From NCBI GenBank assembly GCA_964561005.1, contig CAZLNO010000002.1, positions 12,073 to 76,072 on the forward strand: DNA of 64,000 nucleotides. The letters run 5' to 3'. Below the pieces are notes generated by a model. The model did not search any database. It saw only the letters and a program-made list of their open reading frames with translations, and had not been told where the DNA came from. A program made the position numbers and the translations under genes. The number at the start of each line of letters is the position of its first letter. The first letter of the stretch is position 1. Positions 48,735 through 57,552 of the stretch are shown piece after piece. This DNA comes from an uncultured Rhodovibrionaceae bacterium. Its GTDB lineage: Bacteria > Pseudomonadota > Alphaproteobacteria > Kiloniellales > Rhodovibrionaceae.

Positions 48735-49232
48735 TTACCCTTTTTCCGCCGCGGCGATGGCCCGTCGGCAGGTCTCCCGCGCCGCGTCGATGTCAAAAGC
48801 CTCGGCCAGCAGGTCGGTCAGGTCGAACGCGCGAGGGATGGAGGGCGGCAAAGTCGGATCGCCGAAGTCCGTCAGCTTGTCGTTGGCGAGGCACACGGCT
48901 TCAGCCCATATCTCATCGGCATCCAGGTGTTGCCGCATGCCTGGCGTGAAGGCTTTGCGCGCCTGTCGCTGATGGTTGCGGATTTCGCTTCGCCAGTGCC
49001 GATGCGGATCGTGGCGGTCCACGCGAGCGTATTCGAGGAGATGGGCGACAAGCTGGACAAGGTGATGGAACACCTTGTTGAGTTCGCTGCGTCCCAAGTC
49101 CTCCACCTCCTCCGCCAGATGCTCGACGTCCAAACGGTTGTGCCCCCTCAACGCGCGCAGCCGCTTGGCCTGGTCTTGGGTCCAGAGGTAGAAATCCCGT
49201 TCGTAAAGGGGCCGGCTCTGCGCTTCGCCCAT
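48735..49232 (-). CDS. DUF29 domain protein
   Basis: Inside ORF 48735..49343, ATG at 49232. The N-terminus LYERDFYLWTQDQAKRLRA...LDVEHLAEEVEDLGRSE is the characteristic DUF29 signature. GC is visibly lower than in the neighbouring genes. Confidence 0.75.
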   Translation of the reverse strand: MGEAQSRPLYERDFYLWTQDQAKRLRALRGHNRLDVEHLAEEVEDLGRSELNKVFHHLVQLVAHLLEYARVDRHDPHRHWRSEIRNHQRQARKAFTPGMRQHLDADEIWAEAVCLANDKLTDFGDPTLPPSIPRAFDLTDLLAEAFDIDAARETCRRAIAAAEKG

Positions 49233-49333
49233 ACCGAGGTGCTCCCGACCGCACAATGAAGGACCGGCGTCGCAGGGCAGCGGCGCGGCCATCCGTTCAT
49301 GAAGCGAATATAATCGATGATGGCGAGGCTTGC

Positions 49334-50131
49334 ATGACCTCACCTGAACGCAGCGGCAAGGCGGGCAAGCGCCGGCTGGACCAGCTTCTGGTCGACCGCG
49401 GCCTGGCGGAGAGCCGGGCCCGGGCGCAGGCGCTGGTGATGGCCGGCCGGGTGCACTCGGACAGCCGCCGGCTCGACAAGCCGGGGCAGCAGCTTCCCGA
49501 GGACGCGCCGCTGACGGTGAAGGGCCAGGACCACCCCTGGGTCAGCCGCGGCGGGCTGAAGCTGGCGCATGCGCTGGAAGTCTTCGAAGTCGACCCCTCG
49601 GGCTGCATCTGCCTGGACATCGGCGCCTCCACCGGCGGTTTCACCGACGTGCTGCTGCAGCACGGCGCGGCGAAGGTGTATGCGGTCGACGTCGGCCACG
49701 GGCAGCTCGCCTGGAAGCTGCGCCAGGACCCGCACGTGGTCGTGCTGGAACGCACCAACGCCCGCCACCTGACCCGCCGGCAGGTCCCCGAGCCCGTCGA
49801 TCTGCTCGTCTGCGACGCCAGCTTCATCGGCCTTGAAACCATCCTGCCGGCGCCGATGGCCTTGGCCCGGCCCGGCGCGCGGCTGATCGCCCTGATCAAG
49901 CCGCAGTTCGAGGTGGGCAAGGGCCACGTCGGCAAGGGCGGCGTGGTCCGCGACCCGGCCCTGCACGCCGAGGTCCGCGAGCGCATCCGGGACTGGGTGG
50001 ACGCGCGGGCGGGCTGGCGGGTGCTGGGCGTTGGCGAGAGCCCCATCGCCGGTCCGGAAGGCAACAAGGAGTTTCTGCTGGCCGCGGCTCTCGACGACTT
50101 CGAGGCGAACCCCGCGGTCTTTGAGTTTTGA
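49334..50131 (+). CDS. tlyA: TlyA family rRNA (cytidine-2'-O)-methyltransferase
   Basis: Inside ORF 49256..50131, ATG at 49334. S4-like N-terminus RLDQLLVDRGLAESRARAQALVMAGRV and the FtsJ-type SAM motif LDIGASTGGFTDVLL. Confidence 0.9.
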   Translation: MTSPERSGKAGKRRLDQLLVDRGLAESRARAQALVMAGRVHSDSRRLDKPGQQLPEDAPLTVKGQDHPWVSRGGLKLAHALEVFEVDPSGCICLDIGASTGGFTDVLLQHGAAKVYAVDVGHGQLAWKLRQDPHVVVLERTNARHLTRRQVPEPVDLLVCDASFIGLETILPAPMALARPGARLIALIKPQFEVGKGHVGKGGVVRDPALHAEVRERIRDWVDARAGWRVLGVGESPIAGPEGNKEFLLAAALDDFEANPAVFEF

Positions 50132-50191
50132 AAACTACGTCGAATTAATTTCATAATACACGAGATACAACCGTCAAAGACATATCGCTCA

Positions 50192-50220
50192 TTGATTTAC
50201 GTTTCATTATCATATACTAT
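50192..50220 (+). promoter_or_regulatory. Candidate sigma70-type promoter in the AT-rich tract upstream of the PAS_5 gene
   Basis: TTGATT (50192-50197), a 17-nt spacer, then TACTAT (50215-50220). This is a hexamer match only. Confidence 0.3.
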
Positions 50221-50319
50221 ATTTTTAACCTAAATATTATTCCATTCGAGAAGCAGGAATAGGGTCTGGGGGGAACGGTTACCTTGAGAAAGCTGGATCG
50301 CTTGGAGTCTGACACCAGT

Positions 50320-50841
50320 ATGGAAAAGCATGAGCGACTTGATCAGCTCCTCGCGTTCTGGGAGTCCCGCCGCGAGGGTGGCCGCTTGCCGCGACGCAGC
50401 GCGTTTCTGGCCGAGGAGTTCCGGCCCTGGATGGGCCACATCGGCATCATCGAGGTGACGCCGGGGCAACCGCGCTTTCTCGTCCGGCTGGCGGGCGTCG
50501 CGATCGTGGACTACGACGGCGCCGACTTCACCGGCAAGCACCTCGACGAGGTCGTCCCGCCTCATGCCCGCGCGGCCATCCTCGGTCCCTTCGAGGTGTG
50601 CCTGCGCGAGAAGGCGCCGCAGTACGACGTGATTTCCCAGCCTTTCAAGAACGCGACGGTCCGCCGGCTGCATCGGCTGCTGTGCCCCTGTTCGGAAGAT
50701 GGCGGAACGGTCGACCGGATCATCCTCGGCATCTACGCCGATCTGGCCGACCGTCTGGACCAGGGCAGCATCTACGACGACATGCACGGAGTGGACGATG
50801 CGCCGGCGCTGCCCTACCGCCGCGAGACGGACTGGTCCTAA
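50320..50841 (+). CDS. PAS_5 (PF07310-like) domain protein
   Basis: ATG at 50320; the ORF track starts at a TTG at 50284. LDQLLAFWESRREGGRLPRRSAF...VRLAGVAIVDYDGADFTGKHLDE fits the same family pattern as 21527..22123. Confidence 0.65.
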   Translation: MEKHERLDQLLAFWESRREGGRLPRRSAFLAEEFRPWMGHIGIIEVTPGQPRFLVRLAGVAIVDYDGADFTGKHLDEVVPPHARAAILGPFEVCLREKAPQYDVISQPFKNATVRRLHRLLCPCSEDGGTVDRIILGIYADLADRLDQGSIYDDMHGVDDAPALPYRRETDWS

Positions 50842-50910
50842 ACCAGCTCGAAGGAACTCACGCACGCGATTTGGAGATCGCGTCCCGCCACGGAAATCGT
50901 GCCCGGCGGG

Positions 50911-52752
50911 TCAGCGCGGCGCCGAGGAGGCCGCGTCCCGCACGACGGCGGGCGCCTCCAGGCGCCGGCCGCCCGACGTACCTTCCAGCACCTCCACGAG
51001 GTCGACGACCGGGCGCAGCGTGCGGGTCAACTCCGCAAGGGTGCGGGCCGCCGGGCTCTCGATCTCGCCGCGCAGGGCCTTGCCCAGGAACTCGCGGAGG
51101 GGGTCGGTGGGCTCGGGGAAGACCACCCGCCGCACCTGGGTCTCCGGCGCGATGCCGGCCAGTTCCTTGGCCACCGCGACGGCCTTCCGGAAGCCGCCCA
51201 GGGTGTCGACCAGCCCCATCGCCCGCGCGTCGGCGCCGCTGAACACCTTGCCCTGGGCGGCCTCGCGCACCTGTCCGGCGCTCAGCCCCCGTCCCGCCGC
51301 CACCTTGGCGCGGAAGTCGGCGTAGCTCTCGTCCAGGGACTGCTGGAGCGCCTGCCACTCCGCCTCGCTGAAGTCGCTGTTCGGGCTCCAGAAATCGGCG
51401 CGCTCGCCGGCCTGCACGCCGTCGATGGTGACGTGCAGCTTGTCCCACAGGCCGGTCAGCACGACCTTGCCGGTCACCACGCCGATCGAGCCGGTGAGCG
51501 TGCCGGGCTGCGCCACGATGCGGTTGGCCGGCGCCGCGACGAAGTAGCCGCCGGAGGCGGCGATGTCGCCCATCGAGACCACGATCGGCTTCTCCGCCTC
51601 GCGCGCGGCCTGCACCGCGTGCCAGATGGCGTCGGAGGCGACGTAGCTGCCGCCGGGACTGTCGACCCGGAAGACGATGGCGTCGACGTCCTCATCCTCC
51701 AGCGCCGCCCGGATCGCGGGCGCCACGGTGTCCGAGCCCATCACGACGTCGCCGAAGATGGGATCGTACTCGCTGTCGGCCAGGCTGACCGCGCCCACCC
51801 CGTACACCACGGCGACCCGCGGCGCGTCCTCGGGCAGGTCGTCCTCGCGCAGCGCCGCGTAGGCGGCGGCGTCGATCGGCTTCGCGCCGGCTCCGGCCAG
51901 GTCCTTGACCGCCGCCTGCATCTCGGCCCGGTAGCCCAGCCTGTCGACCAGTCCGGCCTCCAGGGCGTCCTCGGCCGACAGCGGCGCGCTGTCGACCAGC
52001 CGGCGCAGCTCGGCCGCCGGCAGGCCCCGGCCCTCGGATACGGCGGCCACCACCTGCGCCAGCCAGGAATCGAGCAGGCGCTGCAGGTTCTCGCGCTGCG
52101 GCGCCGGCAGGCGGGTGTCGGTGAGCTGGTTCGCCACGCCCTTGTAGGCCTCTCGCTGACCGACGCGCGGCTTGATTCCAAGTTCGTCCAGCAGGTCGCG
52201 GAGGAACGGGCTCTCGATGCGGAAGCCGGTCAGCCCATAGTCGCCGGAGGGCTGCATCCACACCTGGTCGAAGGCGCTGGTCAGGTAGGCGTGGACCGTG
52301 CTGCCGCCGGCGCCGCCCATGCCGCTGGAGATGGTCTCGGCAAAGGCGTAGGCCGGCTTGCCGCTGCCGCGGAAGTGCCGCACGGCGGCGTGCAGGTCCT
52401 GCGCCTGCGCGAATCCCACGCCGCCATGGCCCAGGCGCACCGCCAGGGCCTTCACGCGGTCGTCCCCGGCCGCCGCGTGCAGCGCGTCCACCGCCTCGTG
52501 CAGCACCACGCCCGAGGGCCCGGAGGCCCGCGCCAGAGGGTTGTCCGAGCGCAGCTCCGAGACGCCGTCCGTCAGGTCCAGCGTCAGCACCGCGGTCTCG
52601 GGAATCGTCTCCGCCGGGGCGCGCAATTCCGCGATGCGCTGCCAGCCGAAGCCGACGGCCACGACCGCGACCACCACGACGATGCCGAGCACCGCGAGGA
52701 CCGTGACGAAAAACCGCCAGATGAAGCGAAAAAAGACGCGCAGGAATCGCAT
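50911..52752 (-). CDS. sppA: Signal peptide peptidase SppA, 67K (tandem S49) type
   Basis: N-terminal TM anchor and two S49 repeats. The Ser-containing motif is SMGDIAASGGYFVAAPA. Confidence 0.85.
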   Translation of the reverse strand: MRFLRVFFRFIWRFFVTVLAVLGIVVVVAVVAVGFGWQRIAELRAPAETIPETAVLTLDLTDGVSELRSDNPLARASGPSGVVLHEAVDALHAAAGDDRVKALAVRLGHGGVGFAQAQDLHAAVRHFRGSGKPAYAFAETISSGMGGAGGSTVHAYLTSAFDQVWMQPSGDYGLTGFRIESPFLRDLLDELGIKPRVGQREAYKGVANQLTDTRLPAPQRENLQRLLDSWLAQVVAAVSEGRGLPAAELRRLVDSAPLSAEDALEAGLVDRLGYRAEMQAAVKDLAGAGAKPIDAAAYAALREDDLPEDAPRVAVVYGVGAVSLADSEYDPIFGDVVMGSDTVAPAIRAALEDEDVDAIVFRVDSPGGSYVASDAIWHAVQAAREAEKPIVVSMGDIAASGGYFVAAPANRIVAQPGTLTGSIGVVTGKVVLTGLWDKLHVTIDGVQAGERADFWSPNSDFSEAEWQALQQSLDESYADFRAKVAAGRGLSAGQVREAAQGKVFSGADARAMGLVDTLGGFRKAVAVAKELAGIAPETQVRRVVFPEPTDPLREFLGKALRGEIESPAARTLAELTRTLRPVVDLVEVLEGTSGGRRLEAPAVVRDAASSAPR

Positions 52753-52908
52753 CGTGCCATCCGATCCGTGTTGGGCGACGCCCTAGGGCTAGCGCGATTG
52801 GCCCCGCTTGACCAGGGACGTTCTGGCGACCGCGCGTCGCGCCGGCTTTCGGCGTTGCCTGACGCGCCCGTCCGGTCTACATGCCCGCCGTCAGCGAAAG
52901 GAGGTGCC

Positions 52909-54222
52909 ATGCGGCGCAGGGCCCGGCGCGGCGGCGGCCGGCAACTGGACATCGCGATCGACCACCTGGGCGGGCGCGGCGACGGCGTGGCCGAGCCGGC
53001 GACGAGCGGGCTGGACAAGCCGGTCTTCGTCCCCTTCGCGCTGCCGGGCGAGCGGGTGCGGGTGCGCCTGCTGGCCGGGATTGCCGCCGGCTACAAGGCG
53101 GAGCTGCTGGAGCTGCTGGCCGAGTCGCCCGAGCGCGTCGAGCCGCCCTGCCCGCACTTCGGCCCCTGCGGCGGCTGCACCGTGCAGCACCTCGCCGAGG
53201 CTTCCTATCGGGATTGGAAGCGCGGCCAGGTGGTGCACGCGCTGCGCCGCCGCGGCTTCGCCGAGCCGCCGGTCGGCGCGCTGCGGGCGGTGCCGGCGAA
53301 GAGCCGCCGCCGCGCCGCGCTCGCCGCCCGCCGTCACGGCAAGCAGGTGCGCCTCGGCTTCCACGGGCGGGAGAGCCACACGATCGAGGACATCCGCGAC
53401 TGCGCCGTTTTGACGCCGCGCCTGCTCGACCTGCTGCCGCCGCTGCGCGACGCCCTCGCGCCCGTGCTGGCGGAGAAGGAGACCGCCGAGGTGGCGCTGC
53501 TGGACAGCGAGAGCGGCGTCGACCTGCTGCTCGCCTCGCGCCAGCCGCCGGGGCTGGCCGGCCGCGAGGCGCTGGCGGTCCTGGCCCGGCACCAGGATCT
53601 GGCGCGGGTAAGCTGGGCGCCGGCGGCAACGGGCGACGTCGAGCCGGAGCCCCTCGCCGTCCGCCGGGCGCCGCTGCTGACCTTCGGCGAGGTCGGGGTG
53701 GAGCCGCCGCCGGGCGGCTTCGTGCAGCCCACCGTCGCCGGCGGGGCGGCCCTCCTCGCCGCCGTCGCCGACTGGCTGGGCGAGGTGGCGGGGCCGGTGG
53801 CGGACTGCTACGCCGGCTGCGGCACCTTCACCTTTCCGCTGGCGCGGCGGGGACCGGTGCACGCGGTCGAGGGCAGCGAGGTCGCCATGGCCGCGCTGTG
53901 GCGCGCGGCGCGACGGCACGATCTGGCCGGCCGGGTCACCGCCGAGGTCCGCGACCTGGCGAAGGACCCGCCCGCGCCCGACGAACTGGACGCCTTCGCC
54001 GCCGTGGTGTTCGACCCGCCGCGCGCCGGGGCGAAGGGGCTGGCGGAGTCGCTGGCCGAGAGCCGGGTGCCCGCGGTGGCGGCCGTGTCCTGCAATCCCA
54101 ACACCTTCGCCCGCGACGCCCGAACGCTGGCGGACGGCGGCTACACCCTGCTGGAGGTGCGGCCGATCGACCAGTTCCCCTGGACCGGCCACGTCGAGCT
54201 GGCGGCGCTGTTCCGGCGATAG
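52909..54222 (+). CDS. 23S rRNA (uracil-5-)-methyltransferase RlmD/RumA-type (TRAM + [4Fe-4S] + SAM MTase)
   Basis: Lies in the 3' part of the artefactual ORF 50899..54222. ATG at 52909 follows AGGAGG. TRAM-like VFVPFALPGERVRV, Cys cluster CPHFGPCGGC, SAM motif DCYAGCGTF and catalytic VSCNPNT. Confidence 0.8.
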   Translation: MRRRARRGGGRQLDIAIDHLGGRGDGVAEPATSGLDKPVFVPFALPGERVRVRLLAGIAAGYKAELLELLAESPERVEPPCPHFGPCGGCTVQHLAEASYRDWKRGQVVHALRRRGFAEPPVGALRAVPAKSRRRAALAARRHGKQVRLGFHGRESHTIEDIRDCAVLTPRLLDLLPPLRDALAPVLAEKETAEVALLDSESGVDLLLASRQPPGLAGREALAVLARHQDLARVSWAPAATGDVEPEPLAVRRAPLLTFGEVGVEPPPGGFVQPTVAGGAALLAAVADWLGEVAGPVADCYAGCGTFTFPLARRGPVHAVEGSEVAMAALWRAARRHDLAGRVTAEVRDLAKDPPAPDELDAFAAVVFDPPRAGAKGLAESLAESRVPAVAAVSCNPNTFARDARTLADGGYTLLEVRPIDQFPWTGHVELAALFRR

Positions 54223-54230
54223 GCGCCGGC

Positions 54231-56123
54231 CTACTGCGCGGCCAGGCGCGAGGCCCTGGCCTCGGGGCCGAGGGCTTCCTGCGCGGCGTCGAACTGGAGG
54301 GCGGCGAGGCGCGCGTAGAGGCCGTCGCGGGCCAGCAGCTCGCGGTGGGTGCCAGTCTCGACCACGCGGCCCCGGTCCATCACCACGATGCGGTCGGCCT
54401 TCAGCACCGTGGCCAGGCGGTGGGCGATGATCAGCGTGGTGCGTCCCTGCATCAGGCGGTCCAGGGCCTGCTGCACCATCTTCTCGCTCTCGGCGTCCAG
54501 CGAGGAGGTGGCCTCGTCCAGCAGCAGGATCGCCGGGTCCTTCAGGATCGCGCGGGCGATGGCGACGCGCTGGCGCTGGCCGCCGGACAGCCGGACCCCG
54601 CGCTCGCCCAGGAAGGTGGCGAAGCCCTCCGGCAGCTCCTCCAGGAAGCTGTCGGCGTGCGCCGCCTTCGCGGCGGCCCGCACCTCCCCGTCGCTGGCCT
54701 CCGGGCGGCCGTAGCGGATGTTCTCCCAGGCGTCGGCGGAGAAGATGACCGGCTCCTGCGGCACCAGGCCGATGCGCGCGCGCAGCGCCCGCGGGTCGGC
54801 GTCGCGCAGGTCCACGCCGTCCAGCCGCACCGCCCCCGCCGCCGGGTCGTAGAAGCGCAGCAGAAGCTGGAACACCGTCGTCTTGCCGGCGCCCGAGGGA
54901 CCCACCAGGGCCACCTTCTCGCCCGGCTTCACGTCCAGGCCGAAGCCCTCCAGCGCCGCCGTCTCGGGGCGCGAGGGATAGTGGAACACCACCTGCTCGA
55001 AGGCGGCGGCGCCGCGCGGCGGGCTGGGCAGCGGCGTGGGCTGTGCCGGCGCGGCGATCTCCGGCGTGGTGCCCAGCAGGTCGATCAGCCGCTCGGTGGC
55101 GCCGGCGGCGCGCTGCAGATCGCCGATGACCTCCGACAGCGCGCCCACCGAGCCGGCCACCACGACGGCGTAGAACACGAAGGCGGAGAGCTGCCCGGCG
55201 GTGATCTCGCCGGCCAGCACCTGGTGGCCGCCGAACCAGAGCACGACCGAGATGGCGCCGAACACCAGCAGTATGACCATGGCGCTCAGCGCCGCGCGCG
55301 CCTTCGTGCGGTCGATCGCCACCGCGAAGGCGTCCTCGACCCGGTCGCGGAAGCGGCGGCGGTCGATGGCCTCGTGGGTGAAGGCCTGCACGGTGCGGAT
55401 GTTGGACAGCGATTCGTCGACGTAGACGCCGACGTCGGCGACCCGGTCCTGACTGGCGCGGCTGAGGCGCCGCACCCGCCGGCCGAACACGATGATGGGC
55501 AGCAGCACCAGCGGCACCACCAGGAACACCAGCCCGGTCAGCGCCGGCGAGGTGACGATCAGCAGCGCCGTGCCGCCCACCACCATCAGCAGGTTGCGCA
55601 GCGCGATCGGGGCCGAGGTGCCGACCACGACCTGCAGCAGCGTGGTGTCGGTGGTCAACCGCGACAGCACCTCGCCGGTGCGCGTGGTTTCGAAGAAGCC
55701 GGGGGAGAGTGTGATCACGTGCGAAAAAACGTCGCGGCGCACGTCGGCGACGACGCGCTCGCCGAGCCAGGAAACCAGGAAATAGCGGGCGAAGCTGGCC
55801 CCGGCCATCACCGCCACCACGGCGAACAGCGCCAGCACCGCCTGGTCCAGCAGCGCCGCGTTGCCCCGCGCGAAGCCCTGGTCCACCAGCATGCGCAGGC
55901 CGAAGCCAAGCGCCAGCACGGTCCCCGCCGCCACCATCAGCGCCGCCAGCGCGCCGGCCACCCGCGCCCGGTACGGCCGGACGTAGCGCCAGAGGTGGCG
56001 CAGGGCGCGCAGGTCCCGGCTGGTCGGACGCTCCGCCGGGGTGCGGCTCTCCGCGGACGACTTCTCCCGCATCATGGGCTCGGCTCTCTCCTCGGGTCGG
56101 GCTTCGCGGCGGCCCGCCGTCAC
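54231..56123 (-). CDS. ABC transporter ATP-binding protein/permease (ABCB-type exporter)
   Basis: A six-TM domain is followed by an NBD with Walker [10 protein letters not shown], signature LSGGQRQR and Walker [12 protein letters not shown]. The start is uncertain; a Met pair at 56075/56072 is an alternative. Confidence 0.9.
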   Translation of the reverse strand: MTAGRREARPEERAEPMMREKSSAESRTPAERPTSRDLRALRHLWRYVRPYRARVAGALAALMVAAGTVLALGFGLRMLVDQGFARGNAALLDQAVLALFAVVAVMAGASFARYFLVSWLGERVVADVRRDVFSHVITLSPGFFETTRTGEVLSRLTTDTTLLQVVVGTSAPIALRNLLMVVGGTALLIVTSPALTGLVFLVVPLVLLPIIVFGRRVRRLSRASQDRVADVGVYVDESLSNIRTVQAFTHEAIDRRRFRDRVEDAFAVAIDRTKARAALSAMVILLVFGAISVVLWFGGHQVLAGEITAGQLSAFVFYAVVVAGSVGALSEVIGDLQRAAGATERLIDLLGTTPEIAAPAQPTPLPSPPRGAAAFEQVVFHYPSRPETAALEGFGLDVKPGEKVALVGPSGAGKTTVFQLLLRFYDPAAGAVRLDGVDLRDADPRALRARIGLVPQEPVIFSADAWENIRYGRPEASDGEVRAAAKAAHADSFLEELPEGFATFLGERGVRLSGGQRQRVAIARAILKDPAILLLDEATSSLDAESEKMVQQALDRLMQGRTTLIIAHRLATVLKADRIVVMDRGRVVETGTHRELLARDGLYARLAALQFDAAQEALGPEARASRLAAQ

Positions 56124-56173
56124 GCACTGCGCGACACCTAGCGTACGGGGCGCGCGCGAACAAGCGCCGGCCC

Positions 56174-56202
56174 TTGCGTCGCGATGCCGCTTTGCCTATA
56201 AC
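56174..56202 (+). promoter_or_regulatory. Candidate sigma70-type promoter of rpmE
   Basis: TTGCGT (56174-56179), a 17-nt spacer, then TATAAC (56197-56202), about 32 nt upstream of the rpmE ATG. Confidence 0.35.
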
Positions 56203-56234
56203 CCGCGCCAAGCCTCAAGCAACGGATCGGCGCC

Positions 56235-56471
56235 ATGAAAAAGGACATCCACCCGGACTATCACGAGATCACCGTCGTGCTGACCGACGGCACCGAGTTC
56301 AAGACCCGGTCCACCTATGGCAAACCGGGCGACAGCCTGCGCCTGGAGATCGACCCGAAGACGCACTCGGCCTGGACCGGCGTGCACCGGGTTTCCAGCA
56401 CCGGCGGCCAGATGGCCAAGTTCAACAAGCGCTTCGGCAACCTGGGCAACCTCGGCGGCGCCAAGACCTAA
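56235..56471 (+). CDS. rpmE: 50S ribosomal protein L31 (Cys-less type)
   Basis: [15 protein letters not shown]...TRSTYG...[15 protein letters not shown] is the canonical L31 sequence. Confidence 0.95.
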   Translation: MKKDIHPDYHEITVVLTDGTEFKTRSTYGKPGDSLRLEIDPKTHSAWTGVHRVSSTGGQMAKFNKRFGNLGNLGGAKT

Positions 56472-56495
56472 CCGCTTCTCGCCCGCGTGTGGTAC

Positions 56496-56532
56496 GGGGC
56501 ATCCGCTCATAGGCGGGTGCCCTGTTTCGTTG
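56496..56532 (+). terminator. Rho-independent terminator of rpmE
   Basis: GGGCATCCGC-TCATAG-GCGGGTGCCC (one G-U pair) followed by TGTTTCGTTGTG. Confidence 0.55.
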
Positions 56533-56585
56533 TGCGCGCCGGCCCCGCTGGGTTGGTGACAAGCCTTAGAATTTCGCCACACGCC

Positions 56586-56614
56586 TTGCAAGTGATAAGG
56601 ATTTAAGGTAATAC
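56586..56614 (+). promoter_or_regulatory. Near-consensus sigma70 promoter of the winged-helix gene
   Basis: TTGCAA (56586-56591), a 17-nt spacer, then TAATAC (56609-56614). GGAG lies 7 nt before the ATG at 56644. Confidence 0.45.
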
Positions 56615-56643
56615 TCTACCATCATCAGTGGTGGAGCTTAGTC

Positions 56644-56955
56644 ATGAACGGCACAAGCGAAAATGATATTGCATTTGGCGTTCTACAAATTGCCAACGCC
56701 CACCCCAAAGGAATAGCGACATTCAAACGGTTGTATCAAGAAATTCCGAGAGTGGTGACATTGAATAATGTTGATTGGAGACCGTCACAGACACGAAAAG
56801 GTGAGTCAATGTGGCACCAAATTGTGCGAAATATAAAATCACATTATAATATAACAGGCAACTATATAAATATTGGATACTTGATACATGTTCCAAGGGT
56901 TGGCTATAAAATAACTGACGATGGACGTAGATATCTAAAGTCGAAGGGATATTAG
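56644..56955 (+). CDS. Standalone winged-helix protein resembling the Mrr N-terminal (Mrr_N) DNA-binding domain, 103 aa
   Basis: FGVLQIANAHPKGIATFKRLYQEI...SMWHQIVRNIKSHYNITGNYINIGYLIHVPRVGYKITDDGRRYL follows the Mrr_N pattern: a helix carrying W, then a beta-hairpin ending in G.Y.iT..G...L. No catalytic domain follows. Confidence 0.55.
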   Translation: MNGTSENDIAFGVLQIANAHPKGIATFKRLYQEIPRVVTLNNVDWRPSQTRKGESMWHQIVRNIKSHYNITGNYINIGYLIHVPRVGYKITDDGRRYLKSKGY

Positions 56956-57545
56956 CGAAATTTGCTTTTGTAGCCAGGACGAAACCACTTTAGCTCTGTC
57001 GCGTTCGGCGCATCCTTGTCCCATACAAACCAAGCGTATGCAGTGGTGCCTGAGCCTTTGCGCGTTGCGCCAGAGGGATAAAAAGTGATCCTTTCACTAA
57101 AGACCCAAACCCGCGAAGGAGGTGCCTTGTCAAAAATTGTACGTTGGCGATTCGCTCCTTCTAAAAAAGCCAGACGCAACAGAAGAGCAAATTTTCGCTC
57201 TGCTCTTTCAAGTCCGGCGTGAATAAAGCTTTCTGCGGAATTATATGGTGGGTTCGTAATAATATTCGGCGCACGCCGCCACGACGATAAAAAATCGTGT
57301 CCAGATTCTCCATATCCTCGATCATAAAGATCTGAACTAATAATATTTTGCTCTGTTTCGCTCAACACAACAGACATCGCGCCATCGCCACAGGCGCACT
57401 CCCAGATATCGTCTTGAAACTTCTCATTATCAATAAGCGCATAAGTTGCCCATGCCGGCGTGGGAAAGAAATCCGGGCCATCAAGATCGGCAAACCGCTT
57501 GAGCTTCGGCTTATACCCGCCGTTGAGGTAATATGTTCCGTCCAT
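56952..57545 (-). CDS. Small gamma-class-order NPPY methyltransferase (putative N6-adenine DNA MTase) without a recognisable target-recognition domain, 197 aa
   Basis: Motif order is FFPTP (motif X), ECACGDG (motif I), SSDLY (motif II), then ITNPPY (motif IV), and the protein ends about 20 aa after YAWFVW. I chose the ATG at 57545; the ORF track starts at a TTG at 57551. The stop codon interlocks with the 56644..56955 stop (TTAG). Confidence 0.7.
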   Translation of the reverse strand: MDGTYYLNGGYKPKLKRFADLDGPDFFPTPAWATYALIDNEKFQDDIWECACGDGAMSVVLSETEQNIISSDLYDRGYGESGHDFLSSWRRAPNIITNPPYNSAESFIHAGLERAERKFALLLRLAFLEGANRQRTIFDKAPPSRVWVFSERITFYPSGATRKGSGTTAYAWFVWDKDAPNATELKWFRPGYKSKFR

Positions 57546-57552
57546 GTTCAAA

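Noticed and set aside
50899-52908. The N-terminal 670 codons of the 1107-aa ORF 50899..54222(+)
   Set aside because: This part is antisense to the well-supported sppA gene and reads as low-complexity Arg/Gly/Ala. Only the segment from the ATG at 52909, which has an AGGAGG SD, shows RlmD/RumA motifs.
56235-56471. L31 lacking the CxxC zinc-ribbon cysteines, considered as a possible zinc-independent paralogue signalling zinc-starvation regulation
   Set aside because: Cys-less L31 is the normal single-copy form in many alphaproteobacteria as far as I recall. There is no Zur-box-like palindrome upstream, so this is not noteworthy on this evidence.
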